Assembly (NCBI GenBank): GCA_046350935.1
Contig: JAXLZK010000010.1
Location: 18,569-82,568 of the forward strand
Direction: 5' to 3'
DNA: 64,000 bases
From: Thermodesulfovibrionales bacterium
Lineage (GTDB): Bacteria; Nitrospirota; Thermodesulfovibrionia; Thermodesulfovibrionales; Dissulfurispiraceae
Shown here piece after piece: positions 20,561-30,463 of this stretch (positions are counted from its first letter, which is position 1; the number at the start of each line of letters is the position of its first letter). Made by a program: the position numbers and the translations under genes. A model generated the notes under the pieces. It did not search any database. It had not been told where the DNA came from and worked only from the letters and a program-made list of their open reading frames with translations.

Positions 20561-21660
20561 TTTTCGACTCCTGTAAGGGTATTAGGTACACACGCGTACG
20601 CATTATGCCTCCTCGCAGTGTGCGTCCATTCCAGGTTTTCGTTCAGCAGCCCGTCGCTCCGCAGCGATCGCAGGACCATGAGCCGCCGAAGCGGGAGCTG
20701 CGGAAATTGTCGTCCCTGAAGCGCATGGCATCCAGCCCTCCCGCAGCCCGCCGATGACGGAGATCAGGTCCTCCTGAGGCTGAAAGCTGGGCGCCAGCTC
20801 CCCTGAAAAGCCCGAAATCCACCCGGTACGAGCGCTTGTCCGGCGGAGCGTCCCCGTTGACGGATATTTCCACCCCGGGGACCACCTGCGCCACCGCCTC
20901 GGCAAGCTCACGCACCCGGTAGTTCCACGCATCACCCCTACATTCACCGCCACGAACGCACCCCTGCTGCCGGGGCCTCTCCGGACGGCCCAATCGATGG
21001 CGCGCGCCATGTCCCGCACGGGGATCAGGGGCCTCCAGGGCGTCCCGTCGCTCAGGGATCGTGATCTTCCGGGAGAGGCGATGGCGCCCGCCACAAAGTC
21101 GTTGAGCACCAGATCCAGACGCAGCCTCTCGCTCATTCCGCAGGCGGCAAAGCGCAGTGGCTCGTTACCGTAAAAGGAGCTGTCGGCGACTCCCTCCAGC
21201 TCTTTTCCGCATACACCTTGACTGCGCATAGGCGGTAAGGGGTGGGAGGGGGGAATCCTCTTCGCGGACTATCGTCCGCACATCCGTACATGCTGCAGCT
21301 CGACGCGTAGACGAACGCTTTCACCCCCGCCTCTTTCGCGCTTTTCGCCAGGGCCACGCTGGTTCGATAGTTGATATCGAGCGTGACCTTCAAAAGTGCT
21401 GCCCATGGGATCGTCTGAAATGGCGGCCAGGTGAACGAGGGCGTCCACCCCTTCGAGGAGACCCTCTCCGGCCTTTCGCACATCCCCGAAATGCTTGGAC
21501 GTCCACCCGACACTCGGGGAGAATGCAGGCGCCGGGTGAGACAGCTCGCGAAGAAGCCGGTATCGAGGCCGATCAGGGCGGCGCCTGGATAGGAGGAGCG
21601 GAGGCGCTCCACCACGCACGGCCCGACATACCCCATGTTGCCGGTGATCAGTATTTTCAT
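20557..21660 (-). pseudogene. NAD-dependent sugar epimerase/dehydratase (extended SDR), at least four frameshifts
   Basis: - The N-terminus is MKILITGNMGYVGPCVVERL, from ATG 21660 with an AAAGGAG SD.
- ..DALVHLAAISDDPMG.. lies in another frame.
- ..DINYRTSVALAKSAKEAGVKAFVYASSCSMYG.. follows.
- ..LRFAACGMSERLRLDLVLNDFV.. is in ORF 20603..21229.
- The predicted stop overlaps the next ATG (ATGA at 20557-20560). Confidence 0.65.
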
Positions 21661-21758
21661 GGTCGGCGCTCCTTTCTTCCCGATGTTCCGGCCGCTGTTC
21701 CGGGGACCGGATGAGCTCTCGCCTCCGCTCGTGCCGGAAAGGCACGGCGTCAGCACAG

Positions 21759-22831
21759 CAGGAGGTTCTTACAAAAAGCGGGCTATTGCAGGGGCGGCCG
21801 TCAGTCCCGGCGACTGATGCCCACCATGTTGACGAACCCGGGCAGATCCTCACTGATAAGGAAGTCCCGGAAGCCTTCCCCCTTGCCTGGAGTTTCGGCC
21901 TGATGCCGGACATATCGGGGACGATGTCCTCCCTGCGGAGAGAGGGCAGAAACTTGACTGCGGAGGCATAGAACGCGTCCGCCGTCCTCCCCGACGACCC
22001 GGTAGTCCTCCACCCTTTCGGTGTAGACGGCATCCGGGCCGAGCCGCATGCGCCCGGCCAGGTCGAGGGTGAGATGCACGCCCAGCCCCGCATGGTCCTC
22101 TTCAGGCACCGGGTAGACCAGCCTGCCGACCATGCCCTCGTTCGCGCCGGCGATGCTGAAATAATCGCCTTTGCAGTAACGCAGCAGGTAGTGTTTGCCC
22201 AGCATGCGGGCCACCGCGTCGGACTGCAGGCCCGCAGCATTGACGACTCTCTCGGAGGTAAAGACGAAATGCTCTCCCTCCGCATTGACGGTGGTGATCC
22301 GGTAGCTCCCGGACACCCTCTCAATCCCGATCACGAGGGTCCCACGCGATCTCGGCGCCCCGCCTTTGCCGTGTACAGGAAATAGTCCATGAGGGCATGG
22401 GCGCTCAGGATGCCCGTTTCCGGTGAACAGAGTGCGGCGAAGGCCTTGATATTCGGCTCCAGCGCCCGCACCTCCTTCCTCCAGCAGGGAGACGGACTCC
22501 ACCCCGTTCCGAGCGTTCCTGGCAGCTGCTCGATCTTCGCCCCCTCGCCCTCGGAGGCGGCGATGAGCAGCTTCCTGCCCTCTCCGGGTGGGGAAGGTTG
22601 TTCTTCCTGCAGATTTCATACAGCATCTCCTCCTCAACGTGCAGAGCCGCGCCTTCAGCGAGCCGAGGATAGTAGAGCCCCGCGTGGATCACCTCGCTGT
22701 TCCGTGAGCTGATCCTCGCCGTGGGATTCGTTTTTCTCGAGGATGTAGAGGGCCGACTTTCCGTCGGCCAGCGCAGCGGCCACGGCGAGCCCCACCACTC
22801 CCGCCCCGATGACCGTTATTTCGGCATCCAT
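21759..22831 (-). pseudogene. FAD-dependent oxidoreductase (DAO / L-2-hydroxyglutarate-oxidase-like), at least four frameshifts
   Basis: - The dinucleotide-binding N-terminus is MDAEITVIGAGVVGLAVAAALADGKSALYILEKN, from ATG 22831 with a GGAGG SD.
- SEVIHAGLYYP is in ORF 22405..22692.
- Later segments sit in ORFs 21801..22637 and 21269..22324.
- The predicted C-terminus is ..SPGLTAAPAIARFL, with a stop at 21759. Confidence 0.6.
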
Positions 22832-22878
22832 TGCGCTTCCTCCGCCTCCCGCAGGCGTTCTTTGCTGCGCCTTCCCTG

Positions 22879-23653
22879 CTACCATACCTTCCACGGAGGC
22901 GATCCCGAATTCCAGAGCTCCAGGAGATAGACCTTGTCGCTCAGGTGTCCATGGACTGCCAGAAGCCGTAATGTTTGTAGGCGGACAGCATTCCTCCGTC
23001 CCGCGCCAGCCTCGTCAGGCTCTGCTCCCATATCGTCATATCATCGTCGATGTAGTCGATAACGGCCGGTTCGAGGACGAAAAGCCCCCAAGTTGATCCA
23101 CGCCCTGTCTCCCCTTCGGCTTCTCCCGGAAGCTGGTGATCCTGTTCTCTCCCGCTCTCAGGCTGATGGCGCCGAAACGGCCGGGCGGCCGGACGGCGGT
23201 CAGGGTAGCCAGGGTGTCCTGGAGCCGGTGGAACTCCACCAGCTGCCTGATATCGATGTCGCAGACTCCATCCCCGTAGGTGAAGCAGAACGTCTCGCCT
23301 CCGATATAGTCCTCACCCTTTTGAGGCGTCCGCCGGTCATGGTCTTCTCCCCGGTGTCCACCAGCAGAGTCACTTTCCATGTCTCCGCACCGTTCTGGTG
23401 CACGGTGAATTTATTCCGCTTCATATCGAAGGTGATATCGACATATGGAGGAAGTAGTCGGAAAAGTATTGCTTGATCATGTGCCCCTTGTGGCCGCAGC
23501 AGATAACGAACTCGTGGAGCCCGTGCGCATAGTAAATCCTCATGATATGCCACAGGATAGGCCTTCCTCCTATTTCCACCATGGTTTCGGACGGGACGCC
23601 GTCTCTTCGGAGAGACGGGTCCCAAGGCCCCCTGCGAGAATCACCACCTTCAT
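22879..23653 (-). pseudogene. rfbF: Glucose-1-phosphate cytidylyltransferase, at least three frameshifts
   Basis: - MKVVILAGGLGTRLSEET.SRPKP starts at ATG 23653 with a GAAGGAGG SD.
- ..GRPILWHIMRIYYAHGLHEFVICCGHKGHMIKQYF.. lies in a shifted frame.
- ..FCFTYGDGVCDIDIRQLVEFHRLQDTLATLTAVRPPGRFG.. is in ORF 23036..23380.
- The C-terminal piece is ..YGFWQSMDT..RDKVYL.ELW. Confidence 0.75.
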
Positions 23654-24138
23654 GACAGGACCTCCTTCGGGAAGAAAAAGGAAGGAAAGTGGGAAATGAG
23701 AGAGAAAAGACTCAGAAGCAGAAGATTCCTCTGCCTGCTCCTCATCAGGCACCTGCCTTTGCTCTTCGGACTTACTTCTCAGTTCTAAACTTTTTTTCAA
23801 TGTTCGCCTTTCTCGTCACAGAGGCGTAACTGGAAGGCACTTTCCTCAGAGCGCGCAGCAGAATGCCCGGGCCGGACCGGATATCCCAAAACGGCTCATA
23901 CCAGCCGCCGGCAGGTTGAAAACCGTCTGCGGGGAGCTATGTCTGCTTCTTTTTTTCTGTCTCTTTTCCGCCGACTGCGCAATGACAGGAGAGCGTCCAA
24001 CTGGAGCGCTCTTCCTGAGTCCTCTTTCTGCCTTACTCCCGCAAGCGGAGCGCTGCCGTCACCCGCTCACTCTGTCGATCGCGGCCATACCGTTCCGGAC
24101 ACGGAATGACGTGAACCGGAATGGTTCATTTTTGCCGA

Positions 24139-24589
24139 CTATTCCGTCGTTGAACAGGAACTACACCGTCTCTTCGTTTTGACGAGAACGCCCCCTCGGC
24201 CCCCTTCAGCGGCCCCCTCTACCCTTGACCCGCGCGCCCTCCCGGAGGTGAGGGTAGATGTCGAGCTCCGATCCGCTTTCGACCAGGATCCTGAGGGACC
24301 GACCTCCTCAGGGGGCACCGGGCTTGGGACACCCGGCTTTGCGGAGAGGAGCGCGACGGCGCCCCGCGTTTTCAGCACGGCCACGAAGTCTTCCGACAGG
24401 GGGATATGCACGAAGCAACATCCCGGGAAGAGGGGAGCATCCACCATCTTCCTCCCGTCCTTCCACTGCCTGCACTGCCGGAGGGCCGGGAGATAGGTGT
24501 CGACCCTTCCTCAGCAGCTCGTCCCGGGTGACGAACTCATGCCTCGACCTCACGTGCAGCGCGTACCAGTGCATTTCTTCCGCCGTCAT
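24139..24589 (-). pseudogene. NusG-paralog (RfaH/UpxY-like) transcription antiterminator, at least two or three frameshifts
   Basis: - The NGN-domain start is MTAEEMHWYALHVRSRHEFVTRDELLRKG, in ORF 24308..24589.
- It continues with VDTYLPALRQCRQWKDGRKMVDAPLFPGCCFVHIPLSEDFVAVLKTRGAV, in ORF 24139..24447.
- A KOW-like ..GAEGVLVK.. region is garbled by G-run frame changes.
The 3' end is uncertain. Confidence 0.6.
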
Positions 24590-24609
24590 CGGTGCCCTGT
24601 CCCTTTTCC

Positions 24610-25777
24610 TTAAAAGCCGAAGATGCGGCTGAAAAACCCCCGTCTCCGGTGGCGCGGGCCCTCGTTCCGCGAAGGGGTGCCCACCAGCGCGGGAGAGAGC
24701 TCCACGACCTTGCGCGTGAGGGAGGTAAGGGACTCGTCCGTCTTGCGCATGTACTCCCTCATGAACTTCTCGAAAAGGTCCACCCTCTTGCTCACATCCA
24801 CCGGTGCGAGCGGGTCGCGCCCTTCAGCGCTCTTTTCTACGGCGTCGAGGCGGAGATTCATGCCGCTCAGCAGGCGCTTCATCTCCTCGTAGTACCTCTT
24901 CTCCTCCTCCCCGAATGCCCGCTGCGCCGCCTCCCCTGGACCCCCTTGAGGGCCGTTCTGAACTCCCAATACCTGTTTTCCAGCTCGAGGTCTCCGATGA
25001 TGTCGCGCACCATATCGGCGCTCAGGTCCTTCGTTTCCTCGACGAAGGCGGAAAGCAGGATGAAGTCGCAGATGACGTTGAGGAGCCGCGGGATCCCCCT
25101 GCTGTAGTGATAGATGATGTCGAGGGTCTCCCCGGAGAAGTGCACCGCGTCCCTGTTTCCCGCCACCTCCAGCCGGTGGAGGATGTACTCCTCCGCCTCC
25201 CCGCGGGTGAGCGGGGAGATGTGGCAGTTGATATTGATGCGCTGCCGCAGCTGCTCAAGCTCCGGGAGGGAGATGGTCTTCCGCAGCTCCGGCTGGCCGA
25301 CGAGGATGATGTGCAGCAGCTTCGCGCTGTCCGTTTCGAGGTTGGACAGCATCCGCACCTCTTCGAGGAGCTCCGGCCCCAGGTTCTGCGCCTCGTCGAT
25401 GATCAGCACCGAATGGTACCCCTTCGCGTAGTGCCGGATCAGGAAGTCGTTCAGCTCCTTCAGCATCTGCACCTTGTCCTTGCCCTTTGTCCTGAGGCCG
25501 AAGTCCTCGTTGACCAGGGCTATCAACTGCTCGGAGCTCACCTTCGTGTTGAAGACCTTCGAGACGGCGACCCTCCCTCCAGCTTCTTTACAAGGTCCCT
25601 GATGAGCGTGGTCTTTCCCGAACCCACCTCGCCGGTGAGGAGGATGAACCCCGCCTTTTCCTTGATGCCGTAGTCCAGATAGGTGACGGCCTTCTTGTGC
25701 GCCTTGCTCAGGTAAAGGAAGTCGGGATTGGGCACCAGCTCGAACGGCTTCGCCTTGAAGTTGAAGAAGCTCTCACA
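24610..25777 (-). pseudogene. ExeA/GspA-like AAA ATPase (PEP-CTERM-locus putative secretion ATPase), frameshifted
   Basis: - ESFFNFKAKPFELVPNPDFLYLSKAHKKAVTYLDYGIKEKAGFILLTGEVGSGKTTLIRDLV is in ORF 25538..26116.
- ..VLIIDEAQNLGPELLEEVRMLSNLETDSAKLLHIILVGQPELR.. is in ORF 24879..25541.
- The C-terminal extension is in ORF 24610..24969.
- ATG 25777 is out of frame by 1 nt (ATGtGAGAGC), consistent with an indel. Confidence 0.7.
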
Positions 25778-25781
25778 TGCT

Positions 25782-26630
25782 CTATGCCTCTCTCTCGGGC
25801 TGCGCTTCGATCCCGGCGTAGCTGTGGTAATACTGCGGAACGCTCGGCCCCGCCGTTTCCAGACCGTTGTAGATGATACCGAGGAGCCTGCTCTGCTGCA
25901 GGATCCCCAGGGAGTCGGAAACGCTCTGCAGAGAGGTCTTCCCTCCTTGACCACGAAAAGCACCCCGTCGACCATGCAGCTTATGGCGTGGGTCTCGGCA
26001 AAGGGGAGGAGAGGAGGCGTGTCGATGATGATGTACCGGTCCGGATACCGCGCCTTCATCTCGACGATCAGCTCCTTCATCCGCTGGGAGGAGAGGAGCT
26101 CCACGGGGTTGCTCACCTTTTTGCCGGCGGGCAGGAACGAGAGCTTGCCGATCCCCGTTTTGATGAGGGAGCCCCCCAGGTCGATTTCGTCGGTGAGGCA
26201 GTCGGCGAGTCCGAACTCCGGCTTGATATTGAAGTAGCCATGCAGGGAGGGCCTCCGAGGTCCGCATCCACCAGGAGGACCGTGTAGTCGTATTCCTGAG
26301 CAAGGGTAACGGCAAGGTTCATGGCCGTGAGGGTCTTTCCCTCCCAGCTCAGGGAGCTGGTGACCATCAGGGTATTTGAGAAGTCCCCTGGTGGGTGATC
26401 TGTACGATCATGGACTTCAGCTTCCGGTACTCTTCGGAGGCGGGGGAGCCGGGGTCCTTCAGGGTGATGATGTAGGGGTTGTCGACGGCAAGAATCTCCT
26501 CGGCGTCGAACACGCTCTCCTTGATGCGCTCACGGACGCGCTCCCTGACGGGCGCCGGGTCCCTGAGGCTCTCCTCTCTGCTGTCCCGAAGCTGCACCGC
26601 TTTTTCGAGGGCCTTCTCAATTCTGCTCAT
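25782..26630 (-). pseudogene. Exopolysaccharide tyrosine autokinase-like P-loop ATPase (BY-kinase, PEP-CTERM-locus type), at least three frameshifts
   Basis: - MSRIEKALEKA...YRKLKSMI is in ORF 26367..26630.
- ..LMVTSSLSWEGKTLTAMNLAVTLAQEYDYTVLLVDADL (Walker A-like) is in ORF 26113..26367.
- ..LSFLPAGKKVSNPVELLSSQRMKELIVEMKARYPDRYIIIDTPPLLPFAE..DGVLFVVKEG is in ORF 25538..26116.
- The C-terminal piece is in ORF 25782..26315. Confidence 0.7.
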
Positions 26631-26698
26631 TCTCTCTCTCCTGTTGTGGTAGTGCGGTGAAAAGACATGCCACGGCGTATCCTGCCCCGCCTCCTCCC

Positions 26699-28248
26699 CT
26701 AGAAGATGCTCTTCAGGTGCCCCGGCAGGCTGACGACGGCGCTGATGAAGTCGTCCACGTAGGAGACGCCCAGCAGCTCCAGGGTGAACACCGCGAGGAT
26801 GCCCGCCATATACGCCCCCGCAAACGTGTAGAGCCGTTTGTCCTTCTTCCGCTGCTCCGCGGTTTCTTCGGGGTTCTGGATGCTCGGGATGACGGCAATC
26901 ACCGGGACCCCGAAGGATTTGAGGAGTCGACCGTTTTCACCGACCTGTCCACGGAGTCGAGCAGGACGACGAGGCCGAAGCCCCCCGCCAGCCCGGCAAG
27001 GATGCCGAACAGCATGATCTTCACCCTGTCGGGGCTCACCGGCTTCATCGGCAGCACCGCGGGGTCCACGATCCGGAAGGTGGAGGCCTTGTCCTGCACC
27101 TCCATCTGCTTCGACACCTCCGCCTGGCCGAGGCGGGCCACGAGCTCCTCATAGATGTTCTTCGTGGTAGCCCGCGCCATCTCGAGGTCGGTAAGGCTCT
27201 TCTTTTCGGCAGGCATGCTCCGCAGATAGGTCTTCTTCGATTCCATGAGCCTCCTGAGCTGTTCGTCCTTTGCCGTAAGGGCCGCCAGCTCGAGGTCTGC
27301 CCTCGTCATCTCCTCCCGCAACTGCTGGAACACCGGGTTCAGCAGCGCCACTTCGCCGTCGGCTGCGCCCGCATCGCTTGCCAACGGGGCCTGCCCGCTC
27401 GCCATCTGGCCCTTCAGGGTCTCTATTTCCGTCCTGACCCTGATCACTTCCGGGTAGTTCGGCGTATAGGTCAGCAGCAGGTCGGTCAGCTTCCTCTGGA
27501 GCGTCAGGACCCTCTCGCCGGGGTCGCCCGACCCTTTCCCCATGATGGCGGCGGTGTAGGGCCTCTCCCCTTCATCTGCCTGAGCATCGTCTTTTTCCGC
27601 GCTTCCAGCTCCCGCCTCTTCATCCTGACCCTTTCGAGCCCTTCCTCCGCCGTTTTTATCTCCTCAACCACCCTGCGGTCGTCCAGCGCGACGAAGATGC
27701 CCTTCTCCTTCCGGAACCTGATGATTTCGTCGTCCGCCCTGTCGAGCTTTTCCTTGAAGAATTTAATCTGCTCCGTGAGGAAGCGGCTCGCGCCGTAGGT
27801 CTCCTCCCTCTTCTCCGACACGTTCTCCTCGATGTACCGCCGCACCAGGGCGTTGACGTAGTCCCGGGCGAGCTGGGGTCCGCATTCCGGAGGAGACGAT
27901 GAAGAGGCCGTTCTCGCTCTTCATCGTGATGTCGGTGTTTTTCTGGAAGTCGGAGACGACTTTTTCCACCTCGGACTGCTTCTTCCTGTTCACCGGAAGG
28001 CCGAGGTCGTCCGCCACCTTCAGGAGGAGGTTCCTGCTGCTCATGGTGTAGGACAGCACCTTGAGCTTCTCCTCAAGGGAGGGGGTGACGGCGATGCCCT
28101 TGATGATCGTGTTGATCATGCTCCGCTCGATGAAGACCGTGCATTTCGCCTCATACTCCTTGGGGAGGAAGTAGCTGGTCAGCACCACCAGGGTGATGAG
28201 GAGAGCACGGAAAGGATGAACACGTACTTCCGCTTCGCTATGAGCTGC
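26699..28248 (-). pseudogene. Polysaccharide chain-length determinant (Wzz/PCP family, PEP-CTERM-locus type), at least four frameshifts
   Basis: - The gene starts at ATG 28248 (MQLIAKRKYVFIL..).
- YFLPKEYEAKCTVFIERSMINTIIKG.. is in ORF 27763..28188.
- The coiled-coil middle is in ORFs 27504..27845 and 26899..27543 (..FRIVDPAVLPMKPVSPDRVKIMLFGILAGLAGGFGLVVLLD).
- The terminal TM segment is in ORF 26699..26902. Confidence 0.7.
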
Positions 28249-28289
28249 ATATACCTTTGAGGTCCACTCCCGACGGTTCCATGCCCCTC

Positions 28290-29087
28290 CTAAAAGATCC
28301 CTTCCTTGACCACGATGTAATCACCGGGCTGAAGCTTCAGGTTCTCGCTCAGCTTTCCGTCCTGGAGCAGGTCCTTCACCTTCACCGTCCGGGCGACCTT
28401 CTGTCCGTCCTTCTGCGTGAAGAGGACGACGTCGTTCTGCTTGGCGAATTCGGAGAACCACCCGGCTGCCAGGATCGCGTCCATTATGGTGATCCCGTCC
28501 CTGTATTCGATGAACTTTGGGCTGTTTACCGCGCCGGCGACATAGACGTTCCGGGAGTCCAGCTCGGGGATGAAGAGGACGTCGCTCGATTCGATCACCA
28601 TATCCTCGGAGACGTCGCCCTCGATAAAGAGCCGGTAGAGGTCCTCCTTCACCTTCTTGCCGCTCCGGAGCACGTACGCCCGGCGCAGGTCGGCGAGCCG
28701 CACCTCCCCGATCTGGCAGAGAAGCTGCAGCAGCGTAGTCCTGCGGTTGAGCTCGTAGACGCCGGGCTTTACCCTCCGCCGAAAACGTACACCTTGCTGT
28801 TGGTAATGCCTTCCACGATCACCGTCACCACAGGGTTACGCACCAGGTCCTTCAGCTTGGCGGTGAGCTGCTTCTGCAGCTCCTGGGGCCAGGCCGCTCG
28901 CGGGCACTTCCCCCAGCGCGGGGATCGTGATCTTCCCGTCCGGCCTCACCTTGACCGAAAGCGAGAGGTCCTTCACCCCCCAGACGGAGATAAAGAGCGT
29001 GTCGCCGTCCCCTATCACGTACTCTCCCGCAAAAGCGGCGGCGGGTGCCAGGAGTCCCAGGAGCAAAAGAATCGCGAGTGCTTTCAT
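28290..29087 (-). pseudogene. Polysaccharide export protein (Wza/Poly_export + SLBB), at least two frameshifts
   Basis: - [61 protein letters not shown] starts at ATG 29087.
- The middle part lies in another frame.
- The C-terminal 137 aa are in ORF 28290..28703 (..VLFIPELDSRNVYVAGAVNSP..LQPGDYIVVKEGIF).
- The ATGA overlap at 29084-29087 couples it to the upstream gene. Confidence 0.75.
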
Positions 29088-30463
29088 ACGTCCTCCTCTA
29101 TCTCCCCCCGTTTGAGCAGGACCACCTTTACCGTCTCCAGGATGATCAGGAGGTCGAGGAAGAGAGAGATGTTTTTGATGTAAAAAAGATCGTAGCGGAG
29201 CTTTTCGATCGTATCCTCCACCGATGCCCCGTAGGGATACTTGATCTGCGCCCACCCGGTGATGCCCGGTTTTACCGTATGCCTCTCCGAATAGTAGGGG
29301 ATGACCCTCTTCAACTTTTCCACGAACTCGGGCCTCTCGGGCCGCGGCCCCACAAAGGACATATCCCCCTGAGCACGTTGTAGAGCTGCGGCAGCTCATC
29401 GAAGCGGTATTTCCGCATGAACCTGCCCACCGCCGTCACGCGCGGGTCGTCCTTCTTCGCCCAGACCGCGCCCGTTCCGCTCTCGGCGTCCCGGCGCATC
29501 GTCCTGAACTTGTACAGGACGAAGTTCCTCTCCCCTGCCCCACCCTGAGCTGACGGAACAGCACCGGCGAGGAAGGGGACTCCATCTTGATGATCAGGGC
29601 GGCGAGCGGGATCACCGGAAGCGCCAGGGTGAGTCCGGCAAGCGCCAGGGGGATGTCGAACGCTCTTTATAGAGCCGCTTGAAGGCGGTCAGCCGGAACC
29701 CGTCCGAAAAGATGAACCAACTGGGGGTTATGTTCTCGATCAGCAGCTTCCCGGTTATCTGCTCGTAGAAGGAGGGTGCGTCCACCACGTCGATGCCGCT
29801 CAGCTTGCAGGCAAGCACATCGCGCAGGGGGAAGACGCCCCGCCTCTCGGACAGCGAGATGACGATTTTATGAGCCTTTTCCTTCTTTGCGGTCTCGATG
29901 AGCCCCCCTCCCGTCTCCCACCACCGTATGGGGAGGCACGAACAGCGGCTCGCGGGGGCAGTTGACGTACCCGGCGAGCACGTAATGGTGGTTCGTCGTC
30001 GCCAGGACTCCCCGATCTGTTTCGCCAAGGGGCCGGTGCCGAGGATGATGACCCTCCGCACAAACCCGGTGAGGGAGAGGAACGCCTTGTGCCCCGCGTG
30101 CCAGAGGGGAAGGAGGAGGCCGGACAGCGCAAGGGATGCGGCGAGCATTCCCCTGTCGAACCGGAAAAAAGGCATAAGGTAATAGAATGAGGAGAGAATG
30201 AAGACGGAAAGCACCAGCGAGATGAAGACCCTGATGAAGATCTCCTTCCGGGTGGTGTTCCCCTCCTGGCTGTACAGCCCGACGAAAAAGAGCGAAAAAA
30301 GGACGACCAGCACGAAGAAGGAAACCCGCGCCGCATTGGATGCCAGCAGGCTCCCCGCATTCGCCGGTTTCCCGGCGGACAGGTACAGCACCACGGAGGC
30401 GGATGCCGCCGAAAGAAAGGCGTCCCCCGAAAGGAGCATCGCGATGAGGAGCCGCACGCTCAT
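29084..30463 (-). pseudogene. Undecaprenyl-phosphate sugar phosphotransferase (bacterial sugar transferase, EpsB/WbaP-like priming enzyme), at least three frameshifts
   Basis: - The N-terminal TM region and CoA-binding-like linker are in ORF 29612..30463.
- ..[34 protein letters not shown] is in ORF 29311..29499.
- [60 protein letters not shown] is in ORF 29084..29362. Confidence 0.8.

Noticed and set aside
23748-23762. GGCACctgccTTTGC on the plus strand in the large intergenic gap.
   Set aside because: GG and GC are 11 nt apart, not 10. The orientation points away from any plus-strand gene.
7926-30463. Programmed ribosomal frameshifting or transcriptional slippage as an explanation for the interrupted genes.
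   Set aside because: There are too many events, in both directions and in unrelated genes. No slippery heptamers or stimulatory structures recur. Indels, whether real or artefactual, are the simpler explanation.
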